Shown piece after piece: positions 29,700 through 39,691 of a stretch of DNA of 64,000 nucleotides. A program made the position numbers and the translations under genes. Location: positions 1 through 64,000 of the forward strand of contig JBECUI020000043.1 of assembly GCA_040954595.2 (NCBI GenBank), in the 5' to 3' direction. The stretch is from Balanoglossus misakiensis. Its lineage: Eukaryota > Animalia > Hemichordata. The first letter of the stretch is position 1; each line of letters opens with the position of its first letter. The notes under the pieces were generated by a model that was not told the DNA's origin, made no database searches, and saw nothing but the letters and a program-made list of their open reading frames with translations.

Positions 29700-32390
29700 A
29701 TGGGTTATAGCTCAGAAAAATCGTCAAAAATCGAGGATTTTTCGACTTTGCGAATTTTGAAAATTTGGTCATTTTTTGAAAAAAACCATGGGTTATAGCT
29801 CAGGAAAATCGTCAAAAATCGAGGATTTTTCGACTTTGCGAATTTTCAAAATTTGGTCATTTTTTGAAAAAACCATGGGTTATAGCTCAGGAAAATCGTC
29901 AAAAATCGAGGATTTTTCGTCTTTGCGAATTTTCAAAATTTGGTCATTTTTTGAAAAAACCATGGGTTATAGCTCAGGAAAATCGTCAAAAATCGAGGAT
30001 TTTTCGACTTTGCGAATTTTCAAAATTTGGTCATTTTTTGAAAAAACCATGGGTTATAGCTCAGGAAAATCGTCAAAAATCGAGGATTTTTCGACTTTGC
30101 GAATTTTCAAAATTTGGTCATTTTTTGAAAAAACCATGGGTTATAGCTCAGGAAAATCGTCAAAAAACGAGGATTTTTCGACTTTGCGAATTTTGAAAAT
30201 TTGGTCATTTTTTGAAAAAACCATGGGTTATAGCTCAGGAAAATCGTCAAAAATCGAGGATTTTTCGACTTTGCGAATTTTGAAAATTTGGTCATTTTTT
30301 GAAAAAACCATGGGTTATAGCTCAGGAAAATCGTCAAAAATCGAGGATTTTTCGACTTTGCGAATTTTGAAAATTTGGTCATTTTTTGAAAAAACCATGG
30401 GTTATAGCTCAGGAAAATCGTCAAAAATCGAGGATTTTTCGACTTTGCGAATTTTGAAAATTTGGTCATTTTTTGAAAAAACCATGGGTTATAGCTCAGG
30501 AAAATCGTCAAAAATCGAGGATATTTCGACTTTGCGAATTTTCAAAATTTGGTCATTTTTTGAAAAAACCATGGGTTATAGCTCAGGAAAATCGTCAAAA
30601 ATCGAGGATTTTTCGACTTTGCGAATTTTGAAAATTTGGTCATTTTTTGAAAAAACCATGGGTTATAGCTCAGGAAAATCGTCAAAAATCAAGGATTTTT
30701 CGACTTTGCGAATTTTGAAAATTTGGTCATTTTTTGAAAAAACCATGGGTTATAGCTCAGGAAAATCGTCAAAAATCGAGGATTTTTCGTCTTTGCGAAT
30801 TTTGAAAATTTGGTCATTTTTTGAAAAAACCATGGGTTATAGCTCAGGAAAATCGACAAAAATCGAGGATTTTTCGACTTTGCGAATTTTGAAAATTTGG
30901 TCATTTTTTGAAAAAACCATGGGTTATAGCTCAGGAAAATCGACAAAAAACGAGGATTTTTCGACTTTGCGAATTTTGAAAATTTGGTCATTTTTGAAAA
31001 AACCATGGGTTATAGCTCAGGAAAATCGTCAAAAATCGAGGATTTTTCGACTTTGCGAATTTTGAAAATTTGGTCATTTTTTGAAAAAAACCATGGGTTA
31101 TAGCTCAGGAAAATCGTCAAAAATCGAGGATTTTTCGACTTTGCGAATTTTCAAAATTTGGTCATTTTTTGAAAAAACCATGGGTTATAGCTCAGGAAAA
31201 TCGTCAAAAATCGAGGATTTTTCGTCTTTGCGAATTTTCAAAATTTGGTCATTTTTTGAAAAAACCATGGGTTATAGCTCAGGAAAATCGTCAAAAATCG
31301 AGGATTTTTCGACTTTGCGAATTTTGAAAATTTGGTCATTTTTTGAAAAAACCATGGGTTATAGCTCAGGAAAATCGTCAAAAATCGAGGATTTTTCGAC
31401 TTTGCGAATTTTCAAAATTTGGTCATTTTTTGAAAAAACCATGGGTTATAGCTCAGGAAAATCGTCAAAAAACGAGGATTTTTCGACTTTGCGAATTTTG
31501 AAAATTTGGTCATTTTTTGAAAAAACCATGGGTTATAGCTCAGGAAAATCGTCAAAAATCGAGGATTTTTCGACTTTGCGAATTTTGAAAATTTGGTCAT
31601 TTTTTGAAAAAACCATGGGTTATAGCTCAGGAAAATCGTCAAAAATCGAGGATTTTTCGACTTTGCGAATTTTGAAAATTTGGTCATTTTTTGAAAAAAC
31701 CATGGGTTATAGCTCAGGAAAATCGTCAAAAATCGAGGATTTTTCGACTTTGCGAATTTTGAAAATTTGGTCATTTTTTGAAAAAACCATGGGTTATAGC
31801 TCAGGAAAATCGTCAAAAATCGAGGATATTTCGACTTTGCGAATTTTCAAAATTTGGTCATTTTTTGAAAAAACCATGGGTTATAGCTCAGGAAAATCGT
31901 CAAAAATCGAGGATTTTTCGACTTTGCGAATTTTGAAAATTTGGTCATTTTTTGAAAAAACCATGGGTTATAGCTCAGGAAAATCGTCAAAAATCAAGGA
32001 TTTTTCGACTTTGCGAATTTTGAAAATTTGGTCATTTTTTGAAAAAACCATGGGTTATAGCTCAGGAAAATCGTCAAAAATCGAGGATTTTTCGTCTTTG
32101 CGAATTTTGAAAATTTGGTCATTTTTTGAAAAAACCATGGGTTATAGCTCAGGAAAATCGACAAAAATCGAGGATTTTTCGACTTTGCGAATTTTGAAAA
32201 TTTGGTCATTTTTTGAAAAAACCATGGGTTATAGCTCAGGAAAATCGACAAAAAACGAGGATTTTTCGACTTTGCGAATTTTGAAAATTTGGTCATTTTT
32301 TGAAAAAACCATGGGTTATAGCTCAGGAAAATCGTCAAAAATCGAGGATTTTTCGACTTTGCGAATTTTGAAAATTTGGTCATTTTTTGA
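29700..32390. repeat. Higher-order repeat of 1,305 bp (15 monomers), two tandem copies (boundaries approximate)
   Basis: Variant series (TCGTCTTT ~29917/~31222, GATATTT ~30520/~31825, ATCAAGG ~30688/~31993, TCGACAAA) repeats at an offset of 1305 = 15 x 87. ORF track starts 29776 and 31081 show the same offset. Confidence 0.9.
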
Positions 32391-35300
32391 AAAAACCATG
32401 GGTTATAGCTCAGGAAAATCGTCAAAACTCGAGGATTTTTCGACTTTGCGAATTTTCAAAATTTGGTCATTTTTTGAAAAAAACCATGGGTTATAGCTCA
32501 GGAAAATCGTCAAAAATCGAGGATTTTTCGACTTTGCGAATTTTCAAAATTTGGTCATTTTTTGAAAAAACCATGGGTTATAGCTCAGGAAAATCGTCAA
32601 AAATCGAGGATTTTTCGACTTTGCGAATTTTGAAAATTTGGTCATTTTTTGAAAAAACCATGGGTTATAGCTCAGGAAAATCGTCAAAAATCGAGGATTT
32701 TTCGACTTTGCGAATTTTGAAAATTTGGTCATTTTTTGAAAAAACCATGGGTTATAGCTCAGGAAAATCGTCAAAAATCGAGGATTTTTCGTCTTTGCGA
32801 ATTTTGAAAATTTGGTCATTTTTTGAAAAAACCATGGGTTATAGCTCAGGAAAATCGACAAAAATCGAGGATTTTTCGACTTTGCGAATTTTGAAAATTT
32901 GGTCATTTTTTGAAAAAACCATGGGTTATAGCTCAGGAAAATCGACAAAAAACGAGGATTTTTCGACTTTGCGAATTTTGAAAATTTGGTCATTTTTTGA
33001 AAAAACCATGGGTTATAGCTCAGGAAAATCGTCAAAAATCGAGGATTTTTCGACTTTGCGAATTTTGAAAATTTGGTCATTTTTTGAAAAAACCATGGGT
33101 TATAGCTCAGGAAAATCGTCAAAACTCGAGGATTTTTCGACTTTGCGAATTTTCAAAATTTGGTCATTTTTTGAAAAAACCATGGGTTATAGCTCAGGAA
33201 AATCGACAAAAAACGAGGATTTTTCGACTTTGCGAATTTTGAAAATTTGGTCATTTTTTGAAAAAACCATGGGTTATAGCTCAGGAAAATCGTCAAAAAT
33301 CGAGGATTTTTCGACTTTGCGAATTTTGAAAATTTGGTCATTTTTTGAAAAAACCATGGGTTATAGCTCAGGAAAATCGTCAAAACTCGAGGATTTTTCG
33401 ACTTTGCGAATTTTCAAAATTTGGTCATTTTTTGAAAAAACCATGGGTTATAGCTCAGGAAAATCGTCAAAAATCGAGGATTTTTCGACTTTGCGAATTT
33501 TCAAAATTTGGTCATTTTTTGAAAAAACCATGGGTTATAGCTCAGGAAAATCGTCAAAAATCGAGGATTTTTCGACTTTGCGAATTTTCAAAATTTGGTC
33601 ATTTTTTGAAAAAACCATGGGTTATAGCTCAGGAAAATCGTCAAAAATCGAGGATTTTTCGACTTTGCGAATTTTCAAAATTTGGTCATTTTTTGAAAAA
33701 ACCATGGGTTATAGCTCAGGAAAATCGTCAAAAATCGAGGATTTTTCGTCTTTGCGAATTTTGAAAATTTGGTCATTTTTTGAAAAAAACATGGGTTATA
33801 GCTCAGGAAAATCGTCAAAAATCGAGGATTTTTCGACTTTGCGAATTTTGAAAATTTGGTCATTTTTTGAAAAAAACATGGGTTATAGCTCAGGAAAATC
33901 GTCAAAAATCGAGGATTTTTCGACTTTGCGAATTTTGAAAATTTGGTCATTTTTTGAAAAAACCATGGGTTATAGCTCAGGAAAATCGTCAAAAATCGAG
34001 GATTTTTCGACTTTGCGAATTTTCAAAATTTGGTCATTTTTTGAAAAAACCATGGGTTATAGCTCAGGAAAATCGTCAAAAATCGAAGATTTTTCGACTT
34101 TGCGAATTTTGAAAATTTGGTCATTTTTTGAAAAAACCATGGGTTATAGCTCAGGAAAATCGTCAAAAATCGAGGATTTTTCGACTTTGCGAATTTTGAA
34201 AATTTGGTCATTTTTTGAAAAAACCATGGGTTATAGCTCAGGAAAATCGTCAAAAATCGAGGATTTTTCGACTTTGCGAATTTTGAAAATTTGGTCATTT
34301 TTTGAAAAAACCATGGGTTATAGCACAGGAAAATCGTCAAAAATCGAGGATTTTTCGACTTTGCGAATTTTGAAAATTTGGTCATTTTTTGAAAAAACCA
34401 TGGGTTATAGCTCAGGAAAATCGTCAAAAATCGAGGATTTTTCGACTTTGCGAATTTTGAAAATTTGGTCATTTTTTGAAAAAACCATGGGTTATAGCTC
34501 AGGAAAATCGTCAAAAATCGAAGATTTTTCGACTTTGCGAATTTTGAAAATTTGGTCATTTTTTGAAAAAACCATGGGTTATAGCTCAGGAAAATCGTCA
34601 AAAATCGAGGATTTTTCGACTTTGCGAATTTTGAAAATTTGGTCATTTTTTGAAAAAACCATGGGTTATAGCTCAGGAAAATCGTCAAAAATCGAGGATT
34701 TTTCGACTTTGCGAATTTTGAAAATTTGGTCATTTTTTGAAAAAACCATGGGTTATAGCTCAGGAAAATCGTCAAAAATCGAGGATTTTTCGACTTTGCG
34801 AATTTTGAAAATTTGGTCATTTTTTGAAAAAACCATGGGTTATAGCTCAGGAAAATCGTCAAAAATCGAGGATTTTTCGACTTTGCGAATTTTGAAAATT
34901 TGGTCATTTTTTGAAAAAACCATGGGTTATAGCTCAGGAAAATCGTCAAAAATCGAGGATTTTTCGACTTTGCGAATTTTGAAAATTTGGTCATTTTTTG
35001 AAAAAACCATGGGTTATAGCTCAGGAAAATCGTCAAAAATCGAGGATTTTTCGACTTTGCGAATTTTGAAAATTTGGTCATTTTTTGAAAAAACCATGGG
35101 TTATAGCTCAGGAAAATCGTCAAAAATCGAGGATTTTTCGACTTTGCGAATTTTGAAAATTTGGTCATTTTTTGAAAAAACCATGGGTTATAGCTCAGGA
35201 AAATCGTCAAAAATCGAAGATTTTTCGACTTTGCGAATTTTGAAAATTTGGTCATTTTTTGAAAAAACCATGGGTTATAGCTCAGGAAAATCGTCAAAAA

Positions 35301-37949
35301 TCGAGGATTTTTCGACTTTGCGAATTTTGAAAATTTGGTCATTTTTTGAAAAAACCATGGGTTATAGCTCAGGAAAATCGTCAAAAATCGAGGATTTTTC
35401 GACTTTGCGAATTTTGAAAATTTGGTCATTTTTTGAAAAAACCATGGGTTATAGCTCAGGAAAATCGTCAAAAATCGAGGATTTTTCGTCTTTGCGAATT
35501 TTGAAAATTTGGTCATTTTTTGAAAAAACCATGGGTTATAGCTCAGGAAAATCGACAAAAATCGAGGATTTTTCGACTTTGCGAATTTTGAAAATTTGGT
35601 CATTTTTTGAAAAAACCATGGGTTATAGCTCAGGAAAATCGACAAAAAACGAGGATTTTTCGACTTTGCGAATTTTGAAAATTTGGTCATTTTTTGAAAA
35701 AACCATGGGTTATAGCTCAGGAAAATCGTCAAAAATCGAGGATTTTTCGACTTTGCGAATTTTGAAAATTTGGTCATTTTTTGAAAAAACCATGGGTTAT
35801 AGCTCAGGAAAATCGTCAAAAATCGAGGATTTTTCGTCTTTGCGAATTTTGAAAATTTGGTCATTTTTTGAAAAAACCATGGGTTATAGCTCAGGAAAAT
35901 CGTCAAAACTCGAGGATTTTTCGACTTTGCGAATTTTCAAAATTTGGTCATTTTTTGAAAAAACCATGGGTTATAGCTCAGGAAAATCGTCAAAAATCGA
36001 GGATTTTTCGACTTTGCGAATTTTCAAAATTTGGTCATTTTTTGAAAAAACCATGGGTTATAGCTCAGGAAAATCGTCAAAAATCGAGGATTTTTCGACT
36101 TTGCGAATTTTCAAAATTTGGTCATTTTTTGAAAAAACCATGGGTTATAGCTCAGGAAAATCGTCAAAAATCGAGGATTTTTCGACTTTGCGAATTTTCA
36201 AAATTTGGTCATTTTTTGAAAAAACCATGGGTTATAGCTCAGGAAAATCGTCAAAAATCGAGGATTTTTCGTCTTTGCGAATTTTGAAAATTTGGTCATT
36301 TTTTGAAAAAAACATGGGTTATAGCTCAGGAAAATCGTCAAAAATCGAGGATTTTTCGACTTTGCGAATTTTGAAAATTTGGTCATTTTTTGAAAAAACC
36401 ATGGGTTATAGCTCAGGAAAATCGTCAAAAATCGAGGATTTTTCGACTTTGCGAATTTTCAAAATTTGGTCATTTTTTGAAAAAACCATGGGTTATAGCT
36501 CAGGAAAATCGTCAAAAATCGAGGATTTTTCGACTTTGCGAATTTTCAAAATTTGGTCATTTTTTGAAAAAACCATGGGTTATAGCTCAGGAAAATCGTC
36601 AAAAATCGAGGATTTTTCGACTTTGCGAATTTTCAAAATTTGGTCATTTTTTGAAAAAACCATGGGTTATAGCTCAGGAAAATCGTCAAAAATCGAGGAT
36701 TTTTCGACTTTGCGAATTTTCAAAATTTGGTAATTTTTTGAAAAAACCATGGGTTATAGCTCAGGAAAATCGTCAAAAATCGAGGATTTTTCGTCTTTGC
36801 GAATTTTGAAAATTTGGTCATTTTTTGAAAAAAACATGGGTTATAGCTCAGGAAAATCGTCAAAAATCGAGGATTTTTCGACTTTGCGAATTTTGAAAAT
36901 TTGGTCATTTTTTGAAAAAACCATGGGTTATAGCTCAGGAAAATCGTCAAAAATCGAGGATTTTTCGACTTTGCGAATATTCAAAATTTGGTCATTTTTT
37001 GAAAAAACCATGGGTTATAGCTCAGGAAAATCGTCAAAAATAGAAGATTTTTCGACTTTGCGAATTTTGAAAATTTGGTCATTTTTTGAAAAAACCATGG
37101 GTTATAGCTCAGGAAAATCGTCAAAAATCGAGGATTTTTCGACTTTGCGAATTTTGAAAATTTGGTCATTTTTTGAAAAAACCATGGGTTATAGCTCAGG
37201 AAAATCGTCAAAAATCGAGGATTTTTCGACTTTGCGAATTTTGAAAATTTGGTCATTTTTTGAAAAAACCATGGGTTATAGCTCAGGAAAATCGTCAAAA
37301 ATCGAGGATTTTTCGACTTTGCGAATTTTGAAAATTTGGTCATTTTTTGAAAAAACCATGGGTTATAGCTCAGGAAAATCGTCAAAAATCGAAGATTTTT
37401 CGACTTTGCGAATTTTGAAAATTTGGTCATTTTTTGAAAAAACCATGGGTTATAGCTCAGGAAAATCGTCAAAAATCGAGGATTTTTCGACTTTGCGAAT
37501 TTTGAAAATTTGGTCATTTTTTGAAAAAACCATGGGTTATAGCTCAGGAAAATCGTCAAAAATCGAGGATTTTTCGACTTTGCGAATTTTGAAAATTTGG
37601 TCATTTTTTGAAAAAACCATGGGTTATAGCTCAGGAAAATCGTCAAAAATCGAAGATTTTTCGACTTTGCGAATTTTGAAAATTTGGTCATTTTTTGAAA
37701 AAACCATGGGTTATAGCTCAGGAAAATCGTCAAAAATCGAGGATTTTTCGACTTTGCGAATTTTGAAAATTTGGTCATTTTTTGAAAAAACCATGGGTTA
37801 TAGCTCAGGAAAATCGTCAAAAATCGAGGATTTTTCGACTTTGCGAATTTTGAAAATTTGGTCATTTTTTGAAAAAACCATGGGTTATAGCTCAGGAAAA
37901 TCGTCAAAAATCGAAGATTTTTCGACTTTGCGAATTTTGAAAATTTGGT

Positions 37950-39470
37950 GATTTTTTGATAAAAACCATGGGTTATAGCTCAGGAAAATCATCCAGAAAT
38001 GTCAATTTTGCGACTTCGCGAAATTTCGAAATTTGGTGATTTTTTGATAAAAACCATGGGTTATAGCTCATGAAAATCATCCAGAAATGTCAATTTTTCG
38101 ACTTCGCGAAATTTCGAAATTTGGTCATTTCTTGATAAAAACCATGGGTTATAGCTCAGGAAAATCATCCAGAAATGTCAATTTTGCGACTTTGCGAAAT
38201 TTCGAAATTTGGTCATTTCTTGATAAAAACCATGGGTTATAGCTCATGAAAATCATCCAGAAATGTCAATTTTTCGACTTCGCGAAATTTCGAAATTTGG
38301 TCATTTCTTGATAAAAACCATGGGTTATAGCTCAGGAAAATCATCCAGAAATGTCAATTTTGCGACTTCGCGAAATTTCGAAATTTGGTGATTTTTTGAT
38401 AAAAACCATGGGTTATAGCTCAGGAAAATCATCCAGAAATGTCAATTTTGCGACTTCGCGAAATTTCGAAATTTGGTGATTTTTTGATAAAAACCATGGG
38501 TTATAGCTCAGGAAAATCATCCAGAAATGTCAATTTTGCGACTTCGCGAAATTTCGAAATTTGGTGATTTTTTGATAAAAACCATGGGTTATAGCTCAGG
38601 AAAATCATCCAGAAATGTCAATTTTGCGACTTCGCGAAATTTCGAAATTTGGTGATTTTTTGATAAAAACCATGGGTTATAGCTCATGAAAATCATCCAG
38701 AAATGTCAATTTTGCGACTTCGCGAAATTTCGAAATTTGGTGATTTTTTGATAAAAACCATGGGTTATAGCTCAGGAAAATCATCCAGAAATGTCAATTT
38801 TGCGACTTCGCGAAATTTCGAAATTTGGTGATTTTTTGATAAAAACCATGGGTTATAGCTCAGGAAAATCATCCAGAAATGTCAATTTTGCGACTTCGCG
38901 AAATTTCGAAATTTGGTGATTTTTTGATAAAAACCATGGGTTATAGCTCAGGAAAATCATCCAGAAATGTCAATTTTGCGACTTCGCGAAATTTCGAAAT
39001 TTGGTGATTTTTTGATAAAAACCATGGGTTATAGCTCATGAAAATCATCCAGAAATGTCAATTTTTCGACTTCGCGAAATTTCGAAATTTGGTCATTTCT
39101 TGATAAAAACCATGGGTTATAGCTCATGAAAATCATCCAGAAATGTCAATTTTTCGACTTCGCGAAATTTCGAAATTTGGTCATTTCTTGATAAAAACCA
39201 TGGGTTATAGCTCATGAAAATCATCCAGAAATGTCAATTTTTCGACTTCGCGAAATTTCGAAATTTGGTCATTTCTTGATAAAAACCATGGGTTATAGCT
39301 CATGAAAATCATCCAGAAATGTCAATTTTTCCTTTTCGCGAAATTTCGAAATTTGGCCATTTCTTGATAAAAACCATGGGTTATAGCTCATGAAAATCAT
39401 CCAGAAATGTCAATTTTTCGACTTCGCGAAATTTCGAAATTTGGTCATTTCTTGATAAAAACCATGGGTT
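37950..39470 (-). repeat. 88-bp diverged subfamily of the same satellite (about 17 copies) at the array edge
   Basis: Monomer CCATGGGTTATAGCTCA(G/T)GAAAATCATCCAGAAATGTCAATTTT(G/T)CGACTTCGCGAAATTTCGAAATTTGGT(G/C)ATTT(T/C)TTGATAAAAA. CCATGG at 37966, 38054, 38142, 38230 ... 39462 (period 88). About 15 differences from the 87-mer by manual alignment (~83% identity); the first ~25 nt are nearly identical. Confidence 0.97.
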
Positions 39471-39474
39471 AAAA

Positions 39475-39503
39475 ATGAGCTATAACTTAAAGTTATAGCT
39501 CAT
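39475..39503. other. 29-bp palindrome/hairpin terminating the satellite array
   Basis: ATGAGCTATAACTT-A-AAGTTATAGCTCAT: perfect 14-bp arms around one central base. The right arm continues as the satellite motif GTTATAGCTCATGAAAATCATC. Confidence 0.95.
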
Positions 39504-39518
39504 GAAAATCATCAAAAA

Positions 39519-39539
39519 ATACATACATACATACATACA

Positions 39540-39573
<34 letters not shown>

Positions 39574-39582
39574 CATACATAC
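39519..39582. repeat. (ATAC)16 microsatellite
   Basis: Direct read; one ATAT variant unit. Confidence 0.98.
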
Positions 39583-39583
<1 letters not shown>

Positions 39584-39665
<82 letters not shown>

Positions 39666-39691
39666 GCGCTAAGAAGGAAAGAAAGAAAGAA
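39584..39691. repeat. (GAAA)20 microsatellite plus an interrupted tail
   Basis: Perfect GAAA run at 39584-39663, then GAGCGCTAAGAAG and 3-4 further units. Confidence 0.98.

Larger units (their letters stand above)
6155..37949 (-). repeat. 87-bp satellite DNA array, right arm in opposite orientation (about 365 copies)
   Basis: Plus-strand monomer CCATGGGTTATAGCTCAGGAAAATCGTCAAAAATCGAGGATTTTTCGACTTTGCGAATTTTGAAAATTTGGTCATTTTTTGAAAAAA (87 nt), the reverse complement of the left-arm monomer. Confidence 0.99.

Noticed and set aside
52-37951. Long repetitive ORFs on both strands (up to 1448 aa at 32387-36733)
   Set aside because: The monomer is 87 bp (29 codons) and lacks stops in one frame per strand. 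ORFs overlap antisense, break at homopolymer indels and vanish in the 88-bp subfamily. They are a satellite artefact.
1-39470. CRISPR-like array
   Set aside because: Units are near-identical along their whole length with no unique spacers, there are no cas genes, and the context is eukaryotic with spliceosomal introns.
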